A DNA stretch of 63,423 nt, filler included. It is 4 parts of 4 records of this genome, joined end to end, with 100 filler letters (N's around TTAATTAATTAA, not from the genome) between each part and the next. Parts side by side here need not be neighbours in the genome. Positions count along the whole stretch, not along the records: positions 1 to 27,800 come from SRR20825010_891; 3 more parts are not named here. One strand, 5' to 3'. Made by a program: the position numbers and the translations under genes. Numbering within the stretch: the first letter of the stretch is position 1; every line of letters starts with the position of its first letter. Shown here piece after piece: positions 9,237 to 18,524 of this stretch. The notes under the pieces were generated by a model. It was given only the letters and a program-made list of their open reading frames with translations, was not told where the DNA came from and did no database searches.

Positions 9237-9715
9237 AGCACCAACGCTACTACCAATAACGCCACCGCCACCAGCCCGTGCGGCAGAAACACGTGGCGCC
9301 AGCGCAGGATGCGCAGCAGTTCTTTCATGCCACCGGCGCGGCGGCTGCGTTCCCAGCTATCGGCGCTCTGGAAGGGGGCTATTTCGTCAACCTCGCCACG
9401 AAAATGCGCCTCGATTTTTTCGATACGCGCATAATGGGCAGACTGAAATGCCTTCCAGTGCCCTTCCACCAACCAGAACAGCAAGCTTCCCACTACCCCA
9501 ACCCACAGCAGTGCCGGGCGGTCAAAAAACGCCCCTGACCCCGCCAGAATTCCAGCCAGGGTCACACTCCAGGCCTTGATGGTCAGCGACTTCTGATCAA
9601 ACGAATCAATCAAGCTGGTGAGGTGGAAATATTCTGCCTGCAACTGCGCATCCAGTTGCGCAGCGTCAGTGGCTTTTGCCCCCACACTCTGTTCCATACG
9701 TCCCCCCGTATGCAC
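9233..9715 (-). CDS. Hypothetical small membrane protein (about 3 TM helices)
   Basis: 160-aa ORF with hydrophobic segments after KAWSVTL and at the C-terminus; true start may be at MEQSV. Confidence 0.75.
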   Translation of the reverse strand: MHTGGRMEQSVGAKATDAAQLDAQLQAEYFHLTSLIDSFDQKSLTIKAWSVTLAGILAGSGAFFDRPALLWVGVVGSLLFWLVEGHWKAFQSAHYARIEKIEAHFRGEVDEIAPFQSADSWERSRRAGGMKELLRILRWRHVFLPHGLVAVALLVVALVL

Positions 9716-9906
9716 CTTTGTGACGGTGAATAATCATGAATCCCGGCGATAAAATACCCAATAAGAGTACTAACCAGTACGCCAGAATTGTTCCCGATCC
9801 TGGCACTGCAAACTGCTGCACAGGCGGACAATAGCATAACGCTGCGGTGATTTTTTACCTGCCTTTTACCTTCACACTCTTTTGCAATTGTTCTCCGTCT
9901 CAAGAC

Positions 9907-9933
9907 GAACTCTCTATGTCAGACTGGCTCTAA
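9907..9933 (+). promoter_or_regulatory. Putative sigmaE (RpoE/AlgU) promoter
   Basis: GAACTC-N16-TCTAA, 30 nt upstream of the glycine-zipper gene. Confidence 0.6.
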
Positions 9934-9962
9934 CTGGCAAATAACGGAAAAAGGAGTGAGCC

Positions 9963-10493
9963 ATGAAAAGCGCAGCAATTGCCGCCCTGAGTATTGTGGG
10001 TGCCGTGGCCGTCGCAGGCGTGGGATATGGTGCCTATCAGGCAGTAACCCCACAAAAATCAGGCTATGCCAAAGTGGTAGACGTGGAACCCATTGTGAAA
10101 ACCTGGCAGGAACCGCGCGAGGTTTGTCAGCAGGTTAATGTTGAGCGCAAGAAACCCGTCAAGGATCAACACCGGGTTACCGGCAGCGTGGTCGGTGCGG
10201 TTATCGGTGGTGTGGTTGGTCACCAATTTGGTGGTGGTAGCGGCAAGGATGCCGCAACAGCCGGCGGTGCGATTGCCGGCGGTGTCGCCGGTAACCAGAT
10301 CCAGAAAGGCATGCAGGAAAAAAACACCTACACCACCACGGAACAGCGTTGTAACACGGTGATGGAAGACAAAAGCCGCACTGAAGGCTACGACGTGACC
10401 TACACCTTCAATGACAGTGAAGAAACCATTCGCATGGACAAAAAACCCGGCGACCGCCTGCGCATCGAAGACGGTGACGTGGTAACTCAGTAA
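9963..10493 (+). CDS. Glycine-zipper 2TM domain protein (YcfJ-like)
   Basis: GAVIGGVVGHQFGGGSGKDAAT glycine zipper and GYDVTY C-terminal motif; AAGGAG RBS. Confidence 0.9.
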   Translation: MKSAAIAALSIVGAVAVAGVGYGAYQAVTPQKSGYAKVVDVEPIVKTWQEPREVCQQVNVERKKPVKDQHRVTGSVVGAVIGGVVGHQFGGGSGKDAATAGGAIAGGVAGNQIQKGMQEKNTYTTTEQRCNTVMEDKSRTEGYDVTYTFNDSEETIRMDKKPGDRLRIEDGDVVTQ

Positions 10494-10504
10494 CCCTCAT
10501 CCGC

Positions 10505-10540
10505 GCACAAAAAAGCCCGCAACCGCGGGCTTTTTTGTGC
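10505..10540. terminator. Bidirectional intrinsic terminator
   Basis: Perfect IR GCACAAAAAAGCCCGC-aacc-GCGGGCTTTTTTGTGC between convergent genes. Confidence 0.92.
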
Positions 10541-10576
10541 CTTATCGGCACGCCACAAGAGCCAGTCTGCTGGCGA

Positions 10577-11761
10577 TCAGCCAGACAACACTGACACAAA
10601 CGTCTGAATAATCGTGGCATTGGCAATATCCACGATAAAGCCCCCCACCACCGGCACAATAATAAACGCCAACGGCGACGGGCCATGGTGTTGCGTCACC
10701 GCCTGAATATTGGCCACAGCGGTTGGCGTCGCGCCCATGGCAAAGCCGCAATGACCGGCACACAACACCGCCGAATCATAGTTGCGCCCCATCAGGCGGA
10801 AAGTCACGAAGGTGATAAACGTGAGCGCCAACAGCACTTGCCCGATCAGCATCGCCAGCATAGGCAGTGCCAGATCCACCAACTGCAGCAACTGCAAACT
10901 CATCAGGGTAATGGCCAGGAAAATGCCCAGTGCGGTATTACCCACCACATCAATGGTTGCATCGTTAACGCGCCACAAGCGGCGTGCGGTATTGCCCAAC
11001 AGGATACAGACGAACAACACCCATACGAACGTCGGCAGGCGGAACACGGAAGCGAACTCTTCCGCTGCCACCTTACCGACCACCACGCCCACCGAAAGCA
11101 GCATGAGAATACGGATCACGCTGCCCGCTGAAATGGGGTGTGGCCGTTCAGCCTTGTCATAGGCCGCGTCATCTTCGGCTGCCCCATGGGCCGGCGCGGC
11201 AATGCGGTAGCGACGAATCAGGAACATGGCCAGCGGGCCGCCCAGCAAGGCCCCGAATACCAAACCAAATGTGGCCGACGCCGCCGCCAGCTCAGACACA
11301 CCGGTGAGCCCAAAATCCTTCTCGAACACACTGGCCCAGGCCGCCCCGGTTCCATGGCCACCGGTCATGGTGACCGAACCGCCAATCAGCCCATAGTAGG
11401 GTTCAAGCCCCATTAACTTGGCCATGCCAACCCCGGCCAGGTCCTGCAAGGCGACCAGCACAATCACCAGCACCGCAAACAGCAGCATGGCCCAGCCTCC
11501 CTGCTTGAGAAGGCGGAAATCGGCGGCCAACCCGACGGCCCCGAAGAAAAACAGCATGGAGGGCACTTTCATGCTTTCATCGAATGTCAGGGAAACACCA
11601 CCTATTTGAAGCCCCGTTACGATGATGGTGGCCAGCAAGCCACCCACCACGGGCTCCGGCATATTCAGCCGGGAAAGGATGGAAATCCGGTGCACCAGCC
11701 ACTGACCTGTGCCCAGTACCAGCAGGGCAATCATCAGGGTTTCCATGGCGGAAAACTGCAT
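10577..11761 (-). CDS. gltS: Sodium/glutamate symporter
   Basis: PEPVVGGL, GGHGTGAAW and GFAMGATPTAVAN motifs. Confidence 0.93.
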   Translation of the reverse strand: MQFSAMETLMIALLVLGTGQWLVHRISILSRLNMPEPVVGGLLATIIVTGLQIGGVSLTFDESMKVPSMLFFFGAVGLAADFRLLKQGGWAMLLFAVLVIVLVALQDLAGVGMAKLMGLEPYYGLIGGSVTMTGGHGTGAAWASVFEKDFGLTGVSELAAASATFGLVFGALLGGPLAMFLIRRYRIAAPAHGAAEDDAAYDKAERPHPISAGSVIRILMLLSVGVVVGKVAAEEFASVFRLPTFVWVLFVCILLGNTARRLWRVNDATIDVVGNTALGIFLAITLMSLQLLQLVDLALPMLAMLIGQVLLALTFITFVTFRLMGRNYDSAVLCAGHCGFAMGATPTAVANIQAVTQHHGPSPLAFIIVPVVGGFIVDIANATIIQTFVSVLSG

Positions 11762-11878
11762 CTAACTCTCCTTCTTTGGCCCCTCTATGAGGGCCTGACA
11801 AGCCGCAGCATCGAGGGAGCCTCCCCTCACACTCGGCGCTTCATCCGCTATACTGCCTCGCGAACACAGGAAGATGCT

Positions 11879-12517
11879 ATGAATCGCGAAAAACGTACCG
11901 AAATTTTTTCCCGCCTGCGTGCCCAGAACCCGCACCCGACCACTGAACTGGAGTACCAGTCGGACTTTGAACTGCTGGTTGCCGTGGTGCTGTCTGCACA
12001 AGCCACCGATGTTGGCGTCAATAAAGCCACCGCACGCCTGTATCCGGTGGCCAATACCCCGGAAGCTATCTTCTCGCTGGGTGTCGACGGGCTTAAAGAG
12101 TACATCAAGACCATCGGTCTGTTTAACTCCAAGGCCGAAAACATCATTCAGCTATGTCGTATTTTGATCGAACAACATGAAAGCCGCGTCCCTCGCACCC
12201 GTGAGGAGCTGGAAGCGCTACCCGGCGTGGGGCGAAAAACCGCCAATGTGGTGCTTAACACCGCTTACGGCTACCCCACCATGGCGGTGGACACTCACAT
12301 CTTTCGCGTATCCAACCGCACCCGTATTGCCCCGGGTAAAAACGTGCTGGAGGTCGAAAAACGACTGGTTCGGCTGGTGCCGGAGGAATTTCTGCGCGAT
12401 GCTCATCATTGGCTGATTCTGCATGGCCGCTATGTCTGCATGGCCCGCAAGCCCAAATGCGGTGATTGCCTGATCGCGGATCTGTGCGAATACCCCCTCA
12501 GCCAGCGCCCCGCCTGA
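11879..12517 (+). CDS. nth: Endonuclease III
   Basis: LSAQATD, HhH motif LPGVGRKTANV, VDTH and C-terminal 4Fe-4S cysteines; ATG at 11879. Confidence 0.97.
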   Translation: MNREKRTEIFSRLRAQNPHPTTELEYQSDFELLVAVVLSAQATDVGVNKATARLYPVANTPEAIFSLGVDGLKEYIKTIGLFNSKAENIIQLCRILIEQHESRVPRTREELEALPGVGRKTANVVLNTAYGYPTMAVDTHIFRVSNRTRIAPGKNVLEVEKRLVRLVPEEFLRDAHHWLILHGRYVCMARKPKCGDCLIADLCEYPLSQRPA

Positions 12518-12576
12518 ACCGGCGCTGGCGCGAGCTCGGGGATCAGCCTTAACCTGTACTCGCGAAGGGAATCGTT

Positions 12577-13020
12577 ATGAATACTGTTACCCGATTTGGC
12601 CTGTGCTTGCTGACTGCCCTCCCCCTGAGCCTTGCCTCGCTGGCAACCCAGGCCAATGAACTCACCCCCGGCCTCTGGGAGATCATCGCCAAACTGAATT
12701 CACCTGCAGTACCCGACGCCATGCGCAATCAGGTCCGTAAGGAATGCCTGACACAATCCCAGGCGGCCGATCCGGAAATGGCCATGCGCGACACGTGGAA
12801 ACAGGAAGGCTGTGGGGCCGGCGAAGTGACCCGTAGCGGCAAGACTCTGCACTGGAGCACCAGCTGCAAAATGCCCGGCAGCAACAGCCCCACCAAAATC
12901 CGCGGTGAAATGGTGCTGCATAATGCCAAACACTACAGCACCAGTATCACGGTCACCGGCAACAAGCAGTCCATGACTACCCACAGCGAAGCCAAATGGC
13001 TCGGCGCCTGCGATAAGTAA
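12577..13020 (+). CDS. Secreted DUF3617-like protein
   Basis: Signal peptide, PGLWEI N-terminus, WLGAC C-terminus. Confidence 0.8.
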   Translation: MNTVTRFGLCLLTALPLSLASLATQANELTPGLWEIIAKLNSPAVPDAMRNQVRKECLTQSQAADPEMAMRDTWKQEGCGAGEVTRSGKTLHWSTSCKMPGSNSPTKIRGEMVLHNAKHYSTSITVTGNKQSMTTHSEAKWLGACDK

Positions 13021-13131
13021 GGCTCATCGCGGTATTGAGGGACAGGGAGGCGAAGTTGCCTGATACCGAATGCCTGACGGCCGACTAAACAAAACCGGCA
13101 GGGCAACTTGAGCGGCTTTTGGCGTCAGGCA

Positions 13132-13881
13132 TCATCCCTCAGGCGTAGCACTCAGCTCACCGCTGAAGACTTTCTCGAAGAACGCCAGCACACGTTGCCA
13201 GCTGTCCTCTGAGGCGCCTGCGTCGAATTTTGATCGTAGCGGCGGCAAGGGACCCAGCTTCTTAAACGTGAAGGTCTGGTGGTCGTTCATGAAGGAATGG
13301 CCTACGTCGTCATAGCTACGGATATCGTGGGGGACACCGAGTGCCTCCATATGGCTAGCCAATCGCTCACCGTGATCACCGTAAAGCATATCCTGCTTGC
13401 CCCAGCCACCCACAGCGGGGCAAATGCCACGCAACGTCTCGGCCTTTTTGGGCATACCGCCGTAAAAGGGCGCGACGACCTGCACAGGCGCCTGGCTGGC
13501 ATACAGCACCGCGAATCGCCCCCCCATGCAAAACCCCATTACCCCCACCTGAGACACTGGCTCTTCGCTTTGGGCCAGCAACCATTCACGGCAAGCTTCC
13601 AGCTGGGCAAAGGCTGGGCCTTTGCCTGTCTCATGGGCTTTCAGGGTCTTGACCACACACAACGCCTTGCTGCCAGGCAGATCATAAAGATCCGGGACCA
13701 ACACCGGATAACCATTATCCGCCAGGCGTTGGGCAATGCGTTCAATATCATCGGTATAACCGAAGATATCGTGGATGGCGATCACCGCCGCCTTGTGCGG
13801 GTGAGGGTTGTCAGGGCGCAGCCAGCGGGCACGCATGGTATGGCCGCCGGGAATGGGAATGCCTACAGGTTGGTTGGACAT
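13132..13881 (-). CDS. Dienelactone hydrolase family protein
   Basis: HDIFG, GFCMGG nucleophile and GHSF motifs. Confidence 0.9.
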   Translation of the reverse strand: MSNQPVGIPIPGGHTMRARWLRPDNPHPHKAAVIAIHDIFGYTDDIERIAQRLADNGYPVLVPDLYDLPGSKALCVVKTLKAHETGKGPAFAQLEACREWLLAQSEEPVSQVGVMGFCMGGRFAVLYASQAPVQVVAPFYGGMPKKAETLRGICPAVGGWGKQDMLYGDHGERLASHMEALGVPHDIRSYDDVGHSFMNDHQTFTFKKLGPLPPLRSKFDAGASEDSWQRVLAFFEKVFSGELSATPEG

Positions 13882-13892
13882 GACAACACCAT

Positions 13893-13990
13893 TGAATAGT
13901 GAATAACGAAACAGTGAGACTACTACTAACGCTCAGGGCCTCCCCTGTCCAACCGGGCCACTCGACCCGCGTTTTTCGTTATCTATTCAT
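13893..13990. repeat. AT-rich heptamer-based inverted repeat element
   Basis: TGAATAGTGAATAACGAAA ... TTTCGTTATCTATTCAT; similar to 21423-21505. Confidence 0.65.
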
Positions 13991-14007
13991 CACGGAATAA
14001 CGGAACG

Positions 14008-14415
14008 TCAGCTTTCCTGCATGGCCACCAACCGGGCTTCCCGCAGGGCGGCAGTGCGATGTCGAGTTGCTTCCTTGTATTCCGGGTCCGCCAACATGGC
14101 GGCAAAGGCGTCTTTGGAGGGGTAGCGAACCAGTAACACATCATCCCACTGCTCACCCTCTGGCGCGATCACCCCCGCCAGTGCCTTGCCCTTCCACACC
14201 ATCTCACCGCCCACACCACGCACCTTGCCAAAAGCCACGTCGGAATATTTCTGATAAGCCTCGCGGCCACTGTAATCCGCCTCGCCATCCTTGTAGACAG
14301 CCGTGTCCTTAAAACGCAGCAGGTTGAGCATCACAATGGGCGTATCTGCCGGAAGAGACGCAAAGATTTCCGGCAATTTTTTAGGGTTTGGATCAATGAC
14401 AGGTTTATCACTCAT
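14008..14415 (-). CDS. DUF1330 family protein
   Basis: PIVMLNLLRFK, WDDVLLVRYPS and HRTAAL motifs. Confidence 0.85.
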   Translation of the reverse strand: MSDKPVIDPNPKKLPEIFASLPADTPIVMLNLLRFKDTAVYKDGEADYSGREAYQKYSDVAFGKVRGVGGEMVWKGKALAGVIAPEGEQWDDVLLVRYPSKDAFAAMLADPEYKEATRHRTAALREARLVAMQES

Positions 14416-14504
14416 AACAAGGCTCCTTTTCTTTCCAGCCTGCCGGGTCAGGCCGGCAAGGAAAAGGGCGGATTACGACATAACAACCGACAAAGTAGTC
14501 AGTA

Positions 14505-15128
14505 TCATGAGCTGATCACGGTTATCTGTTCTGCAGCGCACAACGCAAGCAGGTCTTCACGATCCGCTGCCAGACAAAGCACCGTCATGCGTACCTGCTG
14601 CCCGTATATCACCTCTTCGACCTGCGCAGCGTTTTGCCCTGCCCAAAGCCGAATGCGCTGCTCCAATGCAAACGGCACGTCGAGCTGCACGGATGTCTGC
14701 GGAGCATGCTCCACAGGTTCCACCGCCGACAACACAGATTCCGCCGCTGCCGCATAGGCTCGCACCAGGCCACCCGCTCCCAACTTTACGCCACCGAAAT
14801 ATCGGATCACTACCACCAGCACATCGCTCATGCCTTTGTGCTGGATGACATTAAAAATGGGCTTTCCCGCCGTACCGGAAGGCTCACCATCGTCATTCAT
14901 TGCGGCCTGTGCGGAGGCGGGATTGCCCAGCAAATAGGCATAACAATGATGGGAAGCATCCGGGTAACGCTGACGGGCCTCGTCAACAATCGCCATGGCG
15001 TCTTCACGGTGAGTAACCGGTCTCAGCCAGGTAATAAAACGGCTTTTATTGATGACGATTTCGCGATCAATCGGCGATGCAGGAACTGGGTAACCGTCGA
15101 TGGGCAGCCTCCGGGACAGATAGAACAC
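14505..15128 (-). CDS. yigZ: YigZ/IMPACT family protein (start uncertain; GTG at 15128 assumed)
   Basis: KSRFI, HHCYAY, DDGEPSGTAG and RYFGGVKLGAGGL motifs. Confidence 0.9.
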   Translation of the reverse strand: MFYLSRRLPIDGYPVPASPIDREIVINKSRFITWLRPVTHREDAMAIVDEARQRYPDASHHCYAYLLGNPASAQAAMNDDGEPSGTAGKPIFNVIQHKGMSDVLVVVIRYFGGVKLGAGGLVRAYAAAAESVLSAVEPVEHAPQTSVQLDVPFALEQRIRLWAGQNAAQVEEVIYGQQVRMTVLCLAADREDLLALCAAEQITVISS

Positions 15129-15156
15129 AGGACGGTATGGTAAGGTAATTCCCCCT

Positions 15157-15450
15157 GTGACCGAACCGCTCATTACCATGCCCATGCGCCCCCAAACGTC
15201 CCTCGACAGCCTGCGCCGACGCCGGCAGCTAGCCATTTTCATGGCCTTGCTGGTCAGCGGCATTGTGTTCGGGCCGCTCACCCACGCGCTCTACAACGAT
15301 GGCAGCGTTTTCTTTCTTATCCTCAACCTGCTGCTCTGGCTAGGCGTGGGCCGGTTTATCTACCATTTACTCGCCCCCGCAACGAAAACGGGCGGCCCAA
15401 AGGCCGCCCGCACTGCAACAGCAGAGGATCATAACGACAAGTATCAGTGA
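15157..15450 (+). CDS. Small 2-TM hypothetical protein
   Basis: 97-aa ORF with two hydrophobic helices filling the gap between neighbours. Confidence 0.55.
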   Translation: MTEPLITMPMRPQTSLDSLRRRRQLAIFMALLVSGIVFGPLTHALYNDGSVFFLILNLLLWLGVGRFIYHLLAPATKTGGPKAARTATAEDHNDKYQ

Positions 15451-16571
15451 TCCAGATAAAGATAATGCTGCCAGCTCATCATTCTCAACAAGATCTGCCG
15501 CATGATCGCCACGTGGTGAAAGTGCTCTGAGTACACCGCCGCCTGAGCACTTACCCCCAACGGCAACGCTTCAACGGCCTCGTTCTTCTCAATCTCGATC
15601 ATTGTCAGGGTCTCGTTATCCATGCGCTGAAACGCTTCCCCACCAACCAGCTGCTGTCCTGCAGCCAGTTGCGATTCGGCGATGGTCGGCAACACCTCAA
15701 CCAGTTTCGCGCTAAAGACCTGGCCCGGCAAAGATGTGAAGGTCAGCTCCGCTTCAGAGCCCGGTTGCAGCCGCAACAACGACTGCTGGCGAAACGCCGC
15801 CACAAAACGCCGCTCTTGATCACTAACGAAGTTGGCCAGAGGTTTCAGGGGCAAAGGCACCGCCATCATCCCCGGCAAAACGGCCAATTGCGTGACAAAA
15901 CCATCGGTCGGCGCCCTAATGATAGTGTTTTCCAGATTGAATCTGGCCTCTTCAAGCTGCGCTTTAACCGCAGCCACAGAGGGATCATCACCATCCACTT
16001 CACCGCTCAGTTCTGTCTCAGCCTTGGCTAGCGCCGCTTTCGTCGCATCAAGATCGGCATTGGTGGCAACGACACGTTCACGTTGGGTATCGATCTGTTG
16101 CTTGCTGAATGCGGAGGCCGCGCCCTCGTAGCGCCGCAGAGTACGGACGGCCTGATCGCGCTCGGCCGTGGCCTGGCTGACTTTCGCCCGCGCCTCCGCC
16201 ACCGCCGCCACATTGCCCTGGGCCAGCTGGCCCATGTCTGCCAATTGCGCCTCAAGTTGAGCCACGCGGGCTTCAAACCGGGTGCTGTCCAGCACCACAA
16301 GTGCCTCGCCTTTCTTCACCCGCGTGTTCGCTTTTACCGGTACATCCAGCACGCGAGCGCGCACTTCCGACACCAGTGGTGTAACCACATATACCTGGCG
16401 CACTTTATCGGTGAACGGATGGTTATAGTTCATGAACAACACCAGCCCACCGACCAACACAATGCCACCCAGAACCGCAGTAGGAACGGTCCACTTGTTC
16501 AACGGAACCTTGAATACCTTGAAGATAAAAATACAGATAGCGGCGTAGGTAAGGAGCAATAAGGTTTCCAT
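15444..16571 (-). CDS. HlyD-family membrane fusion protein (YibH/YiaV-like)
   Basis: METLLLLTYAA...PLNKWTVPTAVLGG N-terminus, lipoyl half-motifs, coiled coil. Confidence 0.9.
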   Translation of the reverse strand: METLLLLTYAAICIFIFKVFKVPLNKWTVPTAVLGGIVLVGGLVLFMNYNHPFTDKVRQVYVVTPLVSEVRARVLDVPVKANTRVKKGEALVVLDSTRFEARVAQLEAQLADMGQLAQGNVAAVAEARAKVSQATAERDQAVRTLRRYEGAASAFSKQQIDTQRERVVATNADLDATKAALAKAETELSGEVDGDDPSVAAVKAQLEEARFNLENTIIRAPTDGFVTQLAVLPGMMAVPLPLKPLANFVSDQERRFVAAFRQQSLLRLQPGSEAELTFTSLPGQVFSAKLVEVLPTIAESQLAAGQQLVGGEAFQRMDNETLTMIEIEKNEAVEALPLGVSAQAAVYSEHFHHVAIMRQILLRMMSWQHYLYLDH

Positions 16572-16942
16572 CAGAGAGTCCCCTCCCCGCTCTGGCCTGT
16601 CTTCTGCGCCAGTGCCTGCTCAAGCCGAGCTAACCGCTCGGACTGGGCGTCCAGTTTTTCCTGTAGCGCAGCCAACTGGGCTTCATCGGTGCGTTGATTT
16701 TTTTCTATCTGCTGAAACCCCCAACCTCGCTCAGGCCGATAGAGCGTGGCCCAGATCCATAAAAACGGCCACATCACATGCAAAGTGAAAAGACTGACCC
16801 AGCCCGCCACGTGGATCGCATCCTGGTGGGGATGGTTACGGCTTTTGGCAATCTCGTAAGGGATATCGTGAATGGCGATGATGCCGTAAAACAGTACCAA
16901 CGCCACAAAAAACAGCAGGCCCAAGGCCACATAACTCAACAT
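16571..16942 (-). CDS. DUF3302 membrane protein (YibI/YiaW-like)
   Basis: IHDIPYEIAKSRNHPHQDAIHVAGWVSLFTLH motif; coupled to the HlyD gene. Confidence 0.9.
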   Translation of the reverse strand: MLSYVALGLLFFVALVLFYGIIAIHDIPYEIAKSRNHPHQDAIHVAGWVSLFTLHVMWPFLWIWATLYRPERGWGFQQIEKNQRTDEAQLAALQEKLDAQSERLARLEQALAQKTGQSGEGTL

Positions 16943-17014
16943 TCCGGCCGTCCTTTTTTCGTTATGAACGCGGCCCCTTCCGGCCACCCGTGCTAATGCT
17001 AGCAGATATCCGTG

Positions 17015-17830
17015 TTACAGATCCTGGCCACAACCGCTGTACAAGGTACTGTTGCGAGTCACTTTCACTTGATAGGGAAAGGCTTCACCACTCATCACGT
17101 CTTCACAGTCCTGCTCACTGATTTCCACTTTCAAGGCACCGGTCTCCGTGGTAGCCATGTAAATAGTTTCCACACCCTCGGTTTTGGCACCCGGGTTCGG
17201 GGTCGTCATGCTGCTATTGCCGTAGTCCCACACGAAGACCAGCCGCTCCTCCGGGTAAACCGCCAAGTGCCAACCCGGTTCGTTACCGGTAGCCCAGAAA
17301 CTGGCCCCATCCGCTTTAGCTTGTGCTTTATCGGTGACGGGTTGGGCTGATGCACTGTCTGCTACACGCTCCAGCATCACGGTAATATTCCGGTTCGCTT
17401 CCTTGTCGCCAAGCTCCACTGTGTGGCGCTGAGTGGTCGTCCAGAGCAAACGCCCATCACCATCACGAATCTCCGCACGCACTGCATACGCCATCGGATG
17501 GTCGTTATCGGCAAAGGACTTGTCATAGCGCAATGCGAAAGGCACCGGCACATTGCCCGGGTTATCAATCTGCTGTTCAGCGATCATTCTGGCCGGAGCA
17601 TCCATTCGGGATACATCTGCCAACGTGACCATCACTGTTGCTTGCGGTGGCATTGCCATCCGCTCGCGATACATGACCTTCCCGGCGAGCACTCGCTGTT
17701 GGGCGTTTACCTGTTTCGCCCGATCATCCGGCAAACCTTGCGCATCCGATTCTGGCTGATCACAACCGGCAAGGGCCAAAGCAGCCCCAAGCAACAATGA
17801 AGAAAAGAGAGCATGGGTTCTGGTCATCAT
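17015..17830 (-). CDS. YbaY-family lipoprotein fused to a C-terminal GNEPGW domain
   Basis: Lipobox LAGC, YRERMAMPP...DVSRMDAP, GNEPGW and CEDVMSG motifs. Confidence 0.85.
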   Translation of the reverse strand: MMTRTHALFSSLLLGAALALAGCDQPESDAQGLPDDRAKQVNAQQRVLAGKVMYRERMAMPPQATVMVTLADVSRMDAPARMIAEQQIDNPGNVPVPFALRYDKSFADNDHPMAYAVRAEIRDGDGRLLWTTTQRHTVELGDKEANRNITVMLERVADSASAQPVTDKAQAKADGASFWATGNEPGWHLAVYPEERLVFVWDYGNSSMTTPNPGAKTEGVETIYMATTETGALKVEISEQDCEDVMSGEAFPYQVKVTRNSTLYSGCGQDL

Positions 17831-17858
17831 GGGCGTGTCCTCAAGTTGGGCTTTATCA

Positions 17859-17885
17859 TCAGACTCAACGGCAGAAGCCCGGTTC
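17859..17885 (-). promoter_or_regulatory. Putative sigmaE promoter of the lipoprotein gene
   Basis: Minus strand GAACCG-N16-TCTGA, about 29 nt upstream of the ATG. Confidence 0.5.
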
Positions 17886-17920
17886 CACCGCTTTTCACAC
17901 CAGTAAAACGAAGCGAGCAC

Positions 17921-17949
17921 AAAAAAGCAGCCCTCAGGCTGCTTCTTTT
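17921..17949 (-). terminator. Intrinsic terminator after ohr
   Basis: AAGCAGCC-loop-GGCTGCTT stem followed by a T run on the minus strand. Confidence 0.8.
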
Positions 17950-17996
17950 ACGCTTTATTGAAAACACCTACGCAAGCAGGCGCTTTCAGAGGCGCC

Positions 17997-18431
17997 CTAG
18001 ACCGTCACCACCAGCTCCACATCAATGTTACCGCGAGTGGCATTGGAGTACGGGCAAACCTGATGTGCATTTTCCACCAGGGTCTGCGCTTCGTTTTTTT
18101 CCAAGCCCGGAATATGGACATTGAGTGTCGCTTGAATGCCGAAGCCGCCACCCAGCGGGCCAATGCCGACCTGCCCGGTAATCGCCGTCTCCTCCGGCAA
18201 TTCGACCTTGGCCTTCCCGGCAACCAGCTTTAAGGCGCCGAGAAAACAGGCGGAATAGCCCGCCGCAAACAACTGCTCCGGGTTTGTGCCTTCACCGCCT
18301 GAACCGCCCAACGCCTTCGGAGTGGCAAGCTTCACACTCAACTGGCCATCATCACTGGTGGCCTTGCCATCTCGACCGCCGGTCGCTGTGGCTGTCGCTT
18401 CGTACAATACTTTTTCCAAGCTCATCATCAT
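17997..18431 (-). CDS. ohr: Organic hydroperoxide resistance protein
   Basis: [20 protein letters not shown] and [14 protein letters not shown] motifs. Confidence 0.96.
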   Translation of the reverse strand: MMMSLEKVLYEATATATGGRDGKATSDDGQLSVKLATPKALGGSGGEGTNPEQLFAAGYSACFLGALKLVAGKAKVELPEETAITGQVGIGPLGGGFGIQATLNVHIPGLEKNEAQTLVENAHQVCPYSNATRGNIDVELVVTV

Positions 18432-18456
18432 TCTCCTTTCACTTAAATTGCACTAT

Positions 18457-18474
18457 TAAATAGCGCACTATTTA
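18457..18474. promoter_or_regulatory. Putative OhrR operator upstream of ohr
   Basis: Near-palindrome TAAATAGCGCACTATTTA, identical copy at 18997-19014. Confidence 0.85.
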
Positions 18475-18524
18475 TTTATCGGTAAAAAAAATACTAAAAA
18501 TATTACCTAATGAATTTTGCCAAC

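Noticed and set aside
11606-11878. 91-aa N-terminal extension of Nth in the ORF track
   Set aside because: Overlaps gltS on the opposite strand; homology begins at MNREKR (11879), which has its own RBS
13053-13132. Interleaved short inverted repeats between convergent genes
   Set aside because: Arms of only 8-10 bp, single occurrence, no U tract; cannot be assigned
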